Origin: an uncultured delta proteobacterium
GTDB taxonomy: Bacteria > Desulfobacterota > Binatia > Bin18
Length of the DNA: 64,000 nucleotides
Reading direction: 5' to 3'
Assembly (NCBI GenBank): GCA_963733195.1
Contig: CAVTCR010000063.1
Location: 37,580-101,579, forward strand
Positions within the stretch are counted from its first letter, which is position 1, and every line of letters begins with the position of its first letter. Position numbers and translations under genes: made by a program. Under the pieces are notes generated by a model that was not told the DNA's origin, made no database searches, and was given only the letters and a program-made list of their open reading frames with translations. Positions 45,579 through 57,015 of this stretch are shown here, in pieces.

Positions 45579-46821
45579 TGAGGAGAAAATTCGCTCGACC
45601 CTACGAGGCGTATTAAGTGACGAAGGGTATCGAGTGCTCGATACCGACGGTACTCCTAATGTGTTGGCTATGGTAGCAGTACAGCGACCACGGCTCGTAC
45701 TCCTTGATATTTGGATGCCACAGGTTGATGGGATTGAATTACTCGAACGCTTGAAGGCGCAAGAGCCCGAACTCCCAGTGATTGTGATGTCGGGGCATGG
45801 CACGATTGAGACCGCCGTGCGTGCGACGAAGCTTGGCGCTGCTGATTTCATTGAGAAACCTTTCTCCTTGGAGACGCTCTTGCGTTCCGTACATCGCGCG
45901 ACTGGACGCTCGACTGCTGAGAACCTTACAGAAAATGGTGCGACAACCGTACTCGAAGAAGCCCACACGATCTCGTACCGACAGCGACAGAGACGTGCGC
46001 GAACGATCAAGCAGAGTGTCGTCATTCACGGGCATGGACTTCACTCCGGTGTGCGTACCGGGGTCATTCTCCATCCCTTGCCGCCAGGGAGCGGAATTGC
46101 GTTCAGTGCGATCTCCGCACCGGATGTGATGATCCCAGCGACGGTAGAGTATGTTGACTCAACGGGATATGCCACTAGTCTTTGTCGCGATGGGGTAACA
46201 GCCCAGACGATCGAACATCTGATGTCGGCCCTCCATTCCTACGGCCTCACCAACGTGTTGGTAAAAATGCAGGGGGAAATCCCAATTCTTGACGGGTCGG
46301 CTCTGGAGTTCTGCCAACTGCTTGAAGGTGCCGGAGTTGTCGAGCAAGCGGAGAAGATTGAACCCGTGGGTATTGATAAGACGTACCGTGTAGGTGACCC
46401 ACAGTCAGGAAAATTTTTGCAGATCGAACCTGCCAAATATTTTGCGGTGCACTATACGCTGAAATATCCAGAGCCTGTTGGATGTCAGGAGTACTCTTAT
46501 GTTCACCGTGATATGCAGAGTTACCGCGAGGAGATCGCTCCCGCGCGGACCTTTGGCTTTGTGAAAGACGTCCAGATGCTTGAGCAAATGGGACTCGCCA
46601 ATGGGGGACGGCTGAACAATTGCGTCCTCATTGGTGAACAGGGAGTGATTAACCCACCGTTACGTTTCCCTGATGAGCTCGTCCGCCATAAGATTCTGGA
46701 CTTGATGGGAGATCTCTATCTGCTCGGTCGTCCGATCCATGGCAAGGTCACAGCCAGTTGCACAGGACATACAGACAACATTGCTCTGGTCCGTGCAATT
46801 CGAGAAGGGATGAAGCTCTGA
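45550..46821 (+). CDS. lpxC: Fusion of NtrX-type response regulator receiver domain and UDP-3-O-acyl-GlcNAc deacetylase LpxC
   Basis: REC: VVDDE, LLDIWMP (Asp53), MSGHG, IEKPF. LpxC: GHGLHSG, TIEHLMSAL, EIPILDGSA, RTFGF, RHKILDLMGDL, GH. One uninterrupted frame. Confidence 0.92.
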   Translation: MEETILVVDDEEKIRSTLRGVLSDEGYRVLDTDGTPNVLAMVAVQRPRLVLLDIWMPQVDGIELLERLKAQEPELPVIVMSGHGTIETAVRATKLGAADFIEKPFSLETLLRSVHRATGRSTAENLTENGATTVLEEAHTISYRQRQRRARTIKQSVVIHGHGLHSGVRTGVILHPLPPGSGIAFSAISAPDVMIPATVEYVDSTGYATSLCRDGVTAQTIEHLMSALHSYGLTNVLVKMQGEIPILDGSALEFCQLLEGAGVVEQAEKIEPVGIDKTYRVGDPQSGKFLQIEPAKYFAVHYTLKYPEPVGCQEYSYVHRDMQSYREEIAPARTFGFVKDVQMLEQMGLANGGRLNNCVLIGEQGVINPPLRFPDELVRHKILDLMGDLYLLGRPIHGKVTASCTGHTDNIALVRAIREGMKL

Positions 46822-46891
46822 GTGCTTATCCGAATAACCAGTGAAAGGAGTTAGGTCTTGTAATTATGCACTTCAGTCAAAAGCGGTGCTT

Positions 46892-47506
46892 CTAATCGGT
46901 GACTTCTAAACGTGACCCCATGAGTTCTTCCAGCAGGCTCTTAGCCTCTTGCAAATCTTTCGTATCAAACCCTTCGGTGAACCAGTTATAGATCTCAGAT
47001 AACGTGGTGCGTGCTGCGTGGTGCTTGCCTTGTCGCTGCCACAGGCGGGCAAGGCTCACTGTCGCGCGCAACTCTAGCGACTTCGCTTGTTGTTGCGAGC
47101 AATCTCAATGGCTTTGTGAAAACATGCTTCGGCTTCGGCTGCTGGGAGTTGGGAGTTGGGATTTAGGATTTGGAATTTTTGACTTTTGCGCTTTGCCTTT
47201 TGTCTTTTGACTTTCCTGCTGAAGCGTCAGCTCGCCTTTCAGCCGATACAGCTCAGCCTCCCAGAAATGCTCCCCAGTTCTATCCACTGTAGCCAACGCC
47301 TCGGCCAGTGCAGTCAACCCTTCCTCTATCTGTCCGATTTCTCCGTACGTCTCTGCCAGGAGCGCGAGGAAGTATGACTGAAATAGCTCTGCTCCCATAG
47401 CTCGGCAGAGGGCAAGACCTTGGTGTATGCGTGCCAGCCCTTCTTTTTCCTTTCCTTGTCTGGCTAATGCCCAACCTCGTAGGACAGTCGCCCACGCCCG
47501 GCTCAT
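46892..47506 (-). pseudogene. Orphan C-terminal TPR module of a cyclase-AAA-TPR protein (copy-1 type), frameshift near 47100
   Basis: RGWALA..., [30 protein letters not shown]; no upstream cyclase or ATPase domain. Confidence 0.8.
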
Positions 47507-47724
47507 GGCAGCGAGCGGCCTAATACCTTGAGCGCTTCGCCCCGTAACAGCGCGATCGTTTCACTTAACTCCACTAGCGCCTCTAACTCTTCCCGCTCGG
47601 CGGCACTGAGTTCTCCTTCGGTGTTGCGGTCCATCAGATCTTGGAGCTTGGCATTGAGCTTGGGCGAGAAGCGGAACTCTGCGACTGAGGTCACCAGTTC
47701 CACCGGCGTGGCGATTGTCTCCAT
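47503..47724 (-). CDS. Small putative antitoxin-like protein
   Basis: RFSPKLNAKLQDLMDRNTEGELSAAEREELEALVEL; resembles small partners that precede HNH nuclease genes. Confidence 0.6.
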   Translation of the reverse strand: METIATPVELVTSVAEFRFSPKLNAKLQDLMDRNTEGELSAAEREELEALVELSETIALLRGEALKVLGRSLP

Positions 47725-47792
47725 ACGGTCTCCTCTGGATCAGGCTATTCCGAGCTTAGCTGGCTTTGGTTGAGAAGGCACCATCGAGGTCC

Positions 47793-49088
47793 TTACGGTG
47801 TCACCCGCTCTAACATGCGCGGAAACGGAATTGCCTCGCGAACGTGGTGGAGCCCACACAGCCACGAAACCATACGTTCGATGCCCATGCCAAAGCCAGC
47901 GTGCGGGACTGAGCCATATTTCCGTAGGTCGAGATACCACGAGAACGCTTCCTCTGGTAACCCATGCGCATGGATCTTTTGTTGCAGAACAGCAAGATCA
48001 TCTTCACGCTGACCGCCGCCAATGATCTCGCCGTAGCCTTCTGGTCCAAGAATATCCATGCACAAGGCGACTTTTGGATTTTCTGGGTCAGCTTTCATAT
48101 AGAAAGCTTTGTTCTCGGTCGGGTAACGATGAATGATGACTGGTCGATCGAACGATTCGGAAATGACCGTCTCATCGTCGCCACCAAAATCGGCTCCCCA
48201 TTGAATATCAATGCCCTTTTTCTGGAGTAGTTCAATCGCTTCGCCGTAGCTGATACGTGGGAAGGGCTTTTTGACGCGCTCTAATTTTGCCACGTCGCGC
48301 TCTAGGGCCGCGAGTTCTTGGCGGCGGTTGGTCAGTACGCGTTGCACAACATACTCAATGAAGTCCTCAGCAAGATTCATGTCGCCGTTAAGGTCACAGT
48401 AAGCGACTTCAGGCTCAATCATCCAGAATTCAGTCAGGTGACGGCGGGTTTTGGATTTCTCGGCACGGAACGTGGGGCCGAAGCAGTAGACTTTGCCGAA
48501 CGCCATCGCCCCAGCTTCCATATACAGCTGACCACTTTGTGTGAGGTAGACGGTATCACCAAAATAGTCGACCGGAAACAACGTGGTCGTGCCTTCGCAC
48601 GCTGCCGGAGTGAAGATCGGTGCATCAAGGAGCGTGAAGCCATTGTTATCAAAATAATCGCGGCAGGCTTTGATGATTTCACTGCGTATGCGCAAGAGTG
48701 CATGCTGGCGAGAGGAGCGTAGCCACAGATGTCGGTGGTCGAGCAGAAAGGCAACGCCGTGCTCTTTCGGAGTAATGGGATAATCGTGCGCCTCTTGTAA
48801 GATTTGCAAATCTTTCACTGATAGCTCGAACCCAAGCGGCGAACGGGTATCGGCGCGCACGATGCCGGTGACGGTGAACGAGGATTCTTGCGCGAGGTGG
48901 TCAGCAAGTTGGAACGTTTCTGGGCTGACATCTCCCTTAAAGACGACACACTGGATAGTACCGGTGCCGTCGCGGAGTTGGAGGAAATGCAGTTTGCCAC
49001 TCGCTCGCTTGTTGTACAGCCAGCCTTTCAGTGTCACTTCCTGCCCTTCATATTTGCCGATCTCGTTCACGTATACCCACTGAGGCAT
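47793..49088 (-). CDS. asnS: Asparagine--tRNA ligase
   Basis: [44 protein letters not shown]. Confidence 0.96.
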   Translation of the reverse strand: MPQWVYVNEIGKYEGQEVTLKGWLYNKRASGKLHFLQLRDGTGTIQCVVFKGDVSPETFQLADHLAQESSFTVTGIVRADTRSPLGFELSVKDLQILQEAHDYPITPKEHGVAFLLDHRHLWLRSSRQHALLRIRSEIIKACRDYFDNNGFTLLDAPIFTPAACEGTTTLFPVDYFGDTVYLTQSGQLYMEAGAMAFGKVYCFGPTFRAEKSKTRRHLTEFWMIEPEVAYCDLNGDMNLAEDFIEYVVQRVLTNRRQELAALERDVAKLERVKKPFPRISYGEAIELLQKKGIDIQWGADFGGDDETVISESFDRPVIIHRYPTENKAFYMKADPENPKVALCMDILGPEGYGEIIGGGQREDDLAVLQQKIHAHGLPEEAFSWYLDLRKYGSVPHAGFGMGIERMVSWLCGLHHVREAIPFPRMLERVTP

Positions 49089-49154
49089 GTGAGTCCCCTC
49101 TCTAATTGCTGTGTTCTTATTCGTGAGGCACTATAGCATAAGGTAAAGGAGAAA

Positions 49155-50194
49155 ATGATGATACGTTGGCTTGTTAGTGTTTTGGTATGTCTTTCGTTCC
49201 TGCCGTGGTCTTCCGCCTTTGCACAACGTAATACCCCTAATGATCTCGAAGAGGCGTTGCGCAGTCTTCCGCCTGCACAACGCACGGAATATCGCCGCAT
49301 GTTGCTTCAGCTTGATCGGGTTTCTCGCCGCCTCTTGCAGGCGATTCCTAACCCACCAAAAGTAAACGTCATCCTAGCGGCGGGAGAGAAATCGGTGAAT
49401 GCTGGAGCAACAACTGGAAAAGTCATTGTTGCTGAAGGCTTATTGCGCTTCGTGAAATCAGACGACGAGTTAGCCATGATCCTTGGGCATGAGTTTGCCC
49501 ACTTAACGCAAGGTCATGTGGCGCGGGGCGCGCGGAATAATGTCCTGCTCGGGCTTGGATCGATTGTGTCCGAAATCATTATTCCAGGTAGTTCAAAGCT
49601 GACTGGCCTTGTCGGGACAGCGTTTTTGAATCGCTATAATCAGGATCAAGAACGAGAGGCTGACACTGTAGGACTCCGGTATGTCTACGATGCGGGATAT
49701 GACCCAATTGCGGCGGCATATGTGATGCGGCGCATGGCTGAGGAGATTCCTGAAACCGCCAACGCAGGTTTCTTTTCCTCGCATCCGTCTTCGGTAGAGC
49801 GATTTGAAACACTTCACCGTCAAGCTGAAATCTTGAGACCTAAACATGAAACGCGTCGAGCCTCAGGGGAAGTGGGCCCGCGACCGAAGCGGATGCTCAA
49901 GCGTGACGAGCAAGCGTGCCGGGAAGCGCGGCCGATCTTTCAGCGTGCGAAAGAGGCACAGGACCCAGATCGGCGCATCGCTTTGTATCAGCGTGGCTTA
50001 CGATGTGCCCACAGAGCCCGCGTGCGCATGCCGAACTTGCAGATGTCTATGCGGATTTGGGAGACACACGCGAAGCGGTCGAAGAGTATCGTGAAACGTT
50101 GCGTTACGACTCCGATTATCCCGGCGCACGCGAACGTCTGGCGGAGCTCCAAGGCAGTTGGTCAAGCCGGACTGATTCTGAAGAGGGTGAATAG
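49155..50194 (+). CDS. M48 family metallopeptidase with C-terminal TPR, frameshift near 50005
   Basis: GHEFAH, QEREAD, SSHP; alternate frame PQSPRAHAELADVY...ETLRYDSDYP. Confidence 0.85.
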
Positions 50195-50212
50195 AAGGAA
50201 CGACAGCCAGAG

Positions 50213-50797
50213 TCATTTGTCCATTTGGTGGCGTTCCGCCAAGATTGCCTCTACCATCGACGAGAGCGATTGCTTTGGTAGTTGTTCAGCAGTTTTTGCG
50301 ACAGGTTGCTTGGTGACAGCGTAGAACAAACTCGACTCGCGCTGGAAAAATCCTTCCGTATGGTAGGACTCACGCAAGTTGAAATAGACATAGTCGAGGT
50401 GATGACACACTTCGTGTAGTAACGTGCGGAGGAAAGTACGGAATGCAACTACCTGTCCACGTTTGGCCGTGCGCATCCATACCTGGATCGAATCGCTCTC
50501 ACTTCCTCCGGCATACTGGGTATACAAACCGTGAAGCTCTCCGCGCCGATTCGAGGGGCGAACACCCTGTATTTGCACGCGAATGGATCGTACGCTGAGG
50601 CACGCACAGATGTGGTTGACCACGGTTTGGGCGAGCATGTGTACCCGCTGTTCCTCTTCTGCTGCGAGTGCAGTTTCGAGCGTCTGAGTTGCAGAAAAAA
50701 GTTGTGGCGTCGGCATCAAGGGGACAGAGGAGATTGCCGCACTACGATCATAGATCCGCTGCTGTAATGGAGTGAGTCGAGCACGCCAGTTCCGCAT
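50213..50797 (-). CDS. Hypothetical zinc metalloprotein with HEXXH motif (SprT/WLM-like)
   Basis: ELHGLY, RTLLHEVCHHLD, HTEGF. Confidence 0.65.
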   Translation of the reverse strand: MRNWRARLTPLQQRIYDRSAAISSVPLMPTPQLFSATQTLETALAAEEEQRVHMLAQTVVNHICACLSVRSIRVQIQGVRPSNRRGELHGLYTQYAGGSESDSIQVWMRTAKRGQVVAFRTFLRTLLHEVCHHLDYVYFNLRESYHTEGFFQRESSLFYAVTKQPVAKTAEQLPKQSLSSMVEAILAERHQMDK

Positions 50798-50920
50798 AGT
50801 AGGCCTTTGCGTCAGGCATTGTGGCGTGAAAACGCCTGGGCAGCAAGTCTTTTTTCTCTTTTCTTCATAGGAAAAATGTCATAGACTCCACCAATATAGT
50901 TTTCTAAGAGAAACTATCTC

Positions 50921-51427
50921 ATGCCAATGTCGTGGGTTTTTTGCGGTTGCGTCGTCGTCTGTACGCTCCTTTTGAATACGCGAGGGTGGGCCGACCCTTT
51001 CGTCGAGTTTTTTACCAAACAAAAAGTTGGGCAAGCGATTACAGTCACTGGAGGGTTTCGTAAGTTCACCTACAAGCGTCAGTTCTACGAACGCAACCAC
51101 AAGACTGGGGACGTGAAATATTACGAGTATTTTGGTCTGTCGATGGTACCGACACAAATCTTCGGTGAGGGATCTCTTGCACTAAAGGCTAGCCTTCATG
51201 ACACGATGTTGTTCGTCTACGCAGATGAGACGCTGGTGAAAGATCTTCCTGAAGAAGGACAAGATCTGTGGTTCACGGGGACGCTGATCGGTTACCAATA
51301 TGGTATCAACGGGATCACGAGCGGAGCACTGAGTGGTGGTGACCCATATATCCTTCTTACACGTATATCGAAGCAGCCTCCGCAGCACGGTGAACGCGCT
51401 TCGACTCTTGTAAAAAGAAGGGGTTAG
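50921..51427 (+). CDS. Hypothetical exported protein
   Basis: Signal-peptide-like N-terminus; beta-rich 168-aa ORF. Confidence 0.6.
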   Translation: MPMSWVFCGCVVVCTLLLNTRGWADPFVEFFTKQKVGQAITVTGGFRKFTYKRQFYERNHKTGDVKYYEYFGLSMVPTQIFGEGSLALKASLHDTMLFVYADETLVKDLPEEGQDLWFTGTLIGYQYGINGITSGALSGGDPYILLTRISKQPPQHGERASTLVKRRG

Positions 51428-51441
51428 AATAGAGAGGGCAG

Positions 51442-52624
51442 CACGGTTGTCCCGGAGACAGAAGGAGGTTCCATGCCCCCTCTGACCTGTGCCCTGGTGG
51501 AGCGGCTGGAGACGATTGCCGATCCCCGCCGCCAAGGCGAGAATCTCAAACATCGCTTGGTCGATATTATCATCTTGGGCTTTTGTGGGGTGCTTGCCGG
51601 CTGTGATGATTTTGTGGAGATGGCGGAATGGGCCCAATTCAATGAGGTGTTTTTTCGTTCCTTTCTGGAGTTGCCCCATGGGATTCCGGCCCATGATACC
51701 TTCACCCGCGTCTTTGCCATGCTCAAACCCGCGCCCTTGCAGGAGGTGTTGCTGCCGTGGCTATTGGAGCGGCGCGGCCTGCCGGGCGACTGGATTCACC
51801 TGGATGGGAAAACCCTGCGCCAGACTCGGCGCACCACCCCGCAGTTGAAAGCACTCCATGTGGTGAGTGCGTGGGCGGGGCAAACCGGGCTCACGCTGGG
51901 GCAGGTGGCCGTAGACGCCAAATCCAATGAAATCAAGGCGATGCCGCAGTTACTCGAAGTCCTGGACCTCCATGACAAGATTGTGACCACGGATGCGATG
52001 GGGTGTCAAAAGGCGATTGCGGAGACCATCGTGGCCGGGGGCGGGGACTACATCTTGGCAGTCAAAGCGAATCAGCCCACCTTGCACGCGGAGATCCAGG
52101 CGGCCTTTGCCACCGCCGCCACGCCCCCGGCGCGGTCCCCGCGACTCTATACCACCGAAGACCAAGGCCACGGGCGTGACGAACAGCGCACGGTGCAGGT
52201 GTTGCCTGCACGCGGCCACCTGTCGACGGCGCAGGGCGCGGCGTGGCTGGGCGTGTTCACGATCGTCATGGTCACCCGCGTCGTGTGGTGTGAGGCGACG
52301 GGCGTGGAGAGCATCGAGGGGAGTTATTTTCTCAGTAGTCTCCCGCCGAATGCTCGGCGCATTGGCACCGCCATTAGGGGCCACTGGAGCATTGAGAACG
52401 GACTGCACTGGGTGTTAGATGTCGTGTTTCGGGAAGATGCCCGCCGGGTCTATGATCGCACGGCAGCAGAGAATGTGGCGTTCCTGAACCGCCTCGCGCT
52501 CTCCCTGTTACGCGGGGATACCGGCAAAGGCTCGCTGAAAGTGAAGCGCAAGCGCGCCGGATGGCATATTCCCTACCTCGCCCAACTCCTTGGGTTTTGC
52601 AGCACTTGAAGCGCGTTTGCCGTG
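51442..52624 (+). mobile_element. ISAs1-family insertion sequence (transposase 51473-52609)
   Basis: DPR, HDTF, DGKTLR, KSNEI, DAMGCQ, KANQ, HGRDE, HWSIEN..HWVLDV.FRED; ends cacgg.../...ccgtg approximate; no clear target duplication. Confidence 0.92.
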
Positions 52625-52805
52625 GCCCCCGCAGGAAGCTCTCCCGGTACCACCTCGTATCTTGCCCCCTGTCCAAGAAGCCCCGCAGCCGCCAGAAATG
52701 AGATCCAGCCGCTAGCAGATTCGTGTGTGTGGTAGAAAGGAGATAGAGATTTGGGATAGATCTCGCTCCACTCCACTCCACTCCACTCTGTCTCTGCCTT
52801 TCCTT

Positions 52806-55800
52806 CTATCTCAAATCCCTGTCTCTATCGGTAGTAATCCGCTCCTCCAGCGCACGCATGCCGAGTTCACGGGATGTGAGTAGTGCCGCCCTCAGCAATT
52901 CCCTTGCTTTCTCGCTATCACCCGACTGATCACGCGTTAGTAACATCGTGGCGTACTGATACTGCGTGTGGGCCAACCAAGGCCACGCCTCCATACGCGC
53001 GTTCATAGCCAGAGCATCCTCAAAGTGCTGTGCTGCTTCATCCCAGTCCTCCAGGCCCGTGGCTAGTGTTCCCAAATAGCGAGAGAGGGCGCCGTAGCAG
53101 GCTGCAGCAGTGCCAATGACGACCGTACGGCCGGAGTAGGGCAGCAGAAGTTGGTATAGGGTGGCGGCACGCGCCATGTCTCCAAGGAAGGTGCAGACAT
53201 CGGTGAGATATGTCATACAGCCCATCCACAAGGCATCGCGGGGGAGATCAGCAAAATCATGTTGCGCCAGGTGCTCGAACTCCGCTCGCGCCTCCTCCGT
53301 ACGCCCGAGTTCGCTGTAGATTAACGCTAAGCCCGGGCGCCAGGCGGCGGCCACGGTGTGTTGCTGGACAAAGTAGCGCACAACAGGTTCGAGTTCCTTG
53401 AGGCGACCCTGCTCGCGACGCAGGGTAAACATTTGCAGGCCAAAAATGCCAGCGGCATTCGTTTGCAGGCGCTGGCCCATGGCGAGGACTTCTTGAGCCA
53501 GGCGTTCGCTGTCGGCGAAATAGCCCCGCATCAAGGCTCGCATAGCCCGAAACCCCATAGCGACGAAAAGCTCAAAGGGTAGCTGCCGCTCTTCTGCCAC
53601 GTAATCATACGCATCGATCTCTGCGTCGGTGGCTGCCATATCTCCCAACTCGAGCAGGCAAAGCACACGCCAGAAGTGGGCGTCGCACTGACGTTCTTTG
53701 GCGTTTATTACCTTGGCCAGGTGCAACATCTCAGTAGCGTAGGTCAGGCGCTGTTGCGCATGTTCTGGTTCCTGAAGGACGTAGAGCAGCCCTTGAAGGT
53801 TGTCAGCGAGCAGCTCGGGGTCGGCAAAGCGCCGAGCCATGGCTACTGCCTGCTGGGCGTAGACCTGCGCTTGTTGCTGTGCACCTGTGAACCGCAGTAT
53901 TTCGGCCAAACCGCCCAGGGTTTTCGCCTTGAGGAGACTATCTTTTGACCCGAGTCCCTGTAACGCTTCTTCGAGCAGACGCACCGCCGGGCCCGTAGGT
54001 AGATCAGTCTGCCACGTCAGTCTTTCAAGTTCCACCGCAGCTCGGACGAAGAGCTCTGTTGCCCTCAGGGTTCGAGCAATATCAGCAGCGCGCAGGAACG
54101 TTTCTTGGGCCTTAGCAGGTTCGCCCGCCTTCCGTTGTGCTTCGCCCAATGCCAACAACAGCGTACAGCGTTGCGTTTCGTCTACAGGGTCCTGATGCTC
54201 CAGGGCTTCAAGGGCGAGGCAATAGAACCGTACCGCTTCGGCATAGGCTGGTAGTTGCATTGTGCGCTCTCCCGCCCGCTGCCAGTAGGGAATTGCTTGC
54301 TCTGCAAGTCCGGCTTCCGTGTAGTGATGAGCTACAAGCTCTGGTTGGGTCTCGACGGTCTTGGCAAACTGTTCGATCAACGCTTGAGCAATCTGATTGT
54401 GATAGTGCTGACGGGTGCTCTTGAGCAAGGATTGGTACGCCGTATCCTGTACCAGGGCATGCTTGAAGACATAGCGCACCTGCGGCGGTAGCCCTCGCTG
54501 GTACAGCAGTTCGGCTTCTACTAATCTGGCTAGGGCCTGCTGCAAGCTTGGCTCGTCGAGTGACGAGACCGCACGGATCAGCTCATACGAGAACTCCCGT
54601 CCGATGGCGGCACCGAGCTGCGCCACGTCGCGCACGGTCGACAAGCGATCCAACCGTGCCATCAGCGCATCCTGTAACGTCGCAGGAATCGCCAGCGCGT
54701 GGAGGGGTGCACGACCTGGTGCCCCAAGAGATTCCACCACACTCTTAGTCAGCTCTTCGACAAATAAGGGTACCCCATCGGTCTTAGTAATGACCTGCTG
54801 CACCATTTCCGCGGACAAACCCTTGCCGCCCGTCATTCGCTCCACCATCTCGCCGACTTGTGTGCGGTCCAATCGGCCCAATGTGAGCTGGCTGAGATAG
54901 GCACGGCTACCCCAGGGCGGGGTAAACTCCGGGCGAAAGGTCAGCAACGCTAGCATCCGTGCAGTCGGGACTTGGTCGAGGAAAAGTGTGAGCAGCTCCA
55001 GTGTAGAAGGGTCAGCCCAGTGCAGATCTTCCCAGGCACTGTAGACCGCGGTCTGCTCAGCCTCCGCTACCAGCCAGCCCAGCAAGGCTTCCTGTGTTTT
55101 CTGCTTCTGTCGCTCGGGTGTCAGACTCAACGGCGGATAGCCGTCAGGATGGGGTAATGACAATAATGCGGCCAGCAGCGGTATTGTGTCGGTTTGTAGG
55201 GGCGAGGCATGCTTCACCCCTACCTCTAGCTTACGTAGCTTTTCTTCAGGACTATCTCCGCTCTGAAATTCTAACACCCGCTGCAGGTTCTCAATGATGG
55301 GATACAAGGCGCTGTTCTGATGGTAGGGCGAACAGCGCAACTCGATCCGCGTCGCGCCCTCTTGCTCGACCTGTTCTTTCAGCTCCTGCACGAGCCGTGA
55401 CTTGCCAATGCCCGCCTCGCCGCTGAGTAACACCACCTGGCCTTCCCCGGCTTTTGCCCGCTCCCAGTTCCGCCGCAGTAACCCCAGTTCTTCCTCTCTG
55501 CCCACGAGAGGTGTGAGACCCGTGCGCACCGCTGCCTCAAAGCGGCTCTGCACGTTACTCGCACTGACGACGCGGTACAGCATCAATGGAGTCGAGAGAC
55601 CTTTCAACGTGTGAGGGCCAAGAGCTTGGTACTCGAATAGCCCTTCGACTAGCCGAGAGGTGGGCGCGCTCATCACCACCGTATTGGGTGCCGCTTCCCC
55701 CTGTACCCGCGCCGCGATGTTGGGCGTCTCACCTAAGGCGAGCATTTCTCGCTTTTCGTTATTCCCGATCTCACCTACAACTACCGGGCCGGTATGAATG

Positions 55801-56439
55801 CCGATGCGGACTTGTAACGGTTGGGGTAACCGAATGTGTCGTGGGAGTGACAGTACCGACATGGCCGCGACAATCTCCAAGCCTGCGCGCACCGCTCTCT
55901 GCGCGTCATCTTCATGGGCCGTGGGATAACCCAAGTAGACGAGGAACCCATCGCCGAGATACTGCGCGATATGGCCTGCATAACGACCAACGATCTCGGC
56001 ACTTACCTGTTGATAGGTGCGTACGACCTCGCGGAACTCTTCGGGATCAAGCTGGGCGGAGAGTGCAGTCGAGCCCACCAGATCACAGAACATCACCGTC
56101 AATTGCCGCCGTTCGGCAGCCCTCAGTTCGGGGTACGAGAGTTCGGAGTCCAGTGTCTGAGGGCTGGGAAGTTCGGAGTTCGGAGTTCGGAGTCTGTGAA
56201 ACAGGAGGATGGGAGCTTGAAACTTGAAACGTAGAACTTAAAACTGGCGAAGCGCTCGTCCAGACCAGCACGGCACCGTCTTCATCTCTGGCTAACTGTT
56301 TGGCTTTGATGAGTTCGTCCTTGATGTCCTCCAGGTAGTCGTCATCGAGACTGAACCGTCGCTTGAGCGCTCGGTACGACACTCGCCCTTCGCGTTCTAA
56401 CAGCTCGCGTACTTGCGCCAGGACTTCATCAAAGGTCAT
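52806..56439 (-). CDS. Class III cyclase + AAA/STAND ATPase + TPR protein (copy 2), frameshift(s) in the heptamer linker 56110-56240
   Basis: MTFDEVL N-domain (56083-56439); TVMFCDLVGST, GDG, RIGIHTG, GEAGIGKS, WEDLHWAD, YVFKHAL; C-terminal helical repeats differ from copy 1. Confidence 0.92.
55196..55223. repeat. GTAG-type REP palindrome in-frame within the AAA domain
   Basis: GTAGGGGCGAGGCATGCTTCACCCCTAC, translated as VGVKHASPL. Confidence 0.8.
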
Positions 56440-56486
56440 CCCTAATCTTTCCTTTACTGTATAGCTGAGGCGTCTACAGTGCTTTT

Positions 56487-56789
56487 CTACTCTTCCACGT
56501 TCCCTCTTCGCAAGAGTATGCTCAACTCGGCGGCGACCCGTTCATAAATGTCACGGCGAGGACCAAAAGCAACGACTTCCACAATTTTTCCTGTGAGCCG
56601 AAAGATGATCCGCACCTTTCCCAGTCGATAGCTTCGTAGCCCTACGAGTTCCTCCTTTAGCTCTTTTGCTTGATAAGGGTCTACGGCAATTGCTCTGAAG
56701 GCCGTCTTTACCTTCCGTTTCAGCGCTGGCGGTAAATAAGTGATTAGGTCTCGCACCGTCTGTGCCATCTCAAGGCGGTACAGAGTCAT
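56487..56789 (-). CDS. RelE/ParE family toxin
   Basis: DPYQAKELKEELVGLRSYRLGKVRIIF...GPRRDIY. Confidence 0.88.
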   Translation of the reverse strand: MTLYRLEMAQTVRDLITYLPPALKRKVKTAFRAIAVDPYQAKELKEELVGLRSYRLGKVRIIFRLTGKIVEVVAFGPRRDIYERVAAELSILLRRGNVEE

Positions 56790-56998
56790 TTGCGGGACCT
56801 ACGGTTTGTCAATGGTTCACCAAATACCTCTTCAAAAGTAAACCGTTGGCCTTTTGCGAGTTGCCTGAGTCCCCGCTTGATCTCACGCATCAACGCTGGG
56901 TCTCGCTGGACCTCGCGTGTCTCTTGCCAGCTAGCAAATTCATCCACACTAATCAGTACCGCAGCTGGGCGACCATTACGAGTAATGATTAACTCGGC
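56786..56998 (-). pseudogene. Phd/YefM antitoxin lacking its N-terminus
   Basis: Manual translation AELIITRNGRPAAVLISVDEFASWQETREVQRDPALMREIKRGL...; TGA overlaps the toxin ATG; in-frame stop just upstream with no clear start codon. Confidence 0.8.
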
Positions 56999-57015
56999 AG
57001 AAAAAGGAGGAGGCT

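Noticed and set aside
52741-52830. (CTCCA)4 run inside an imperfect inverted repeat
   Set aside because: Most simply a terminator-like hairpin or simple repeat at the cyclase 3' end, with no further support
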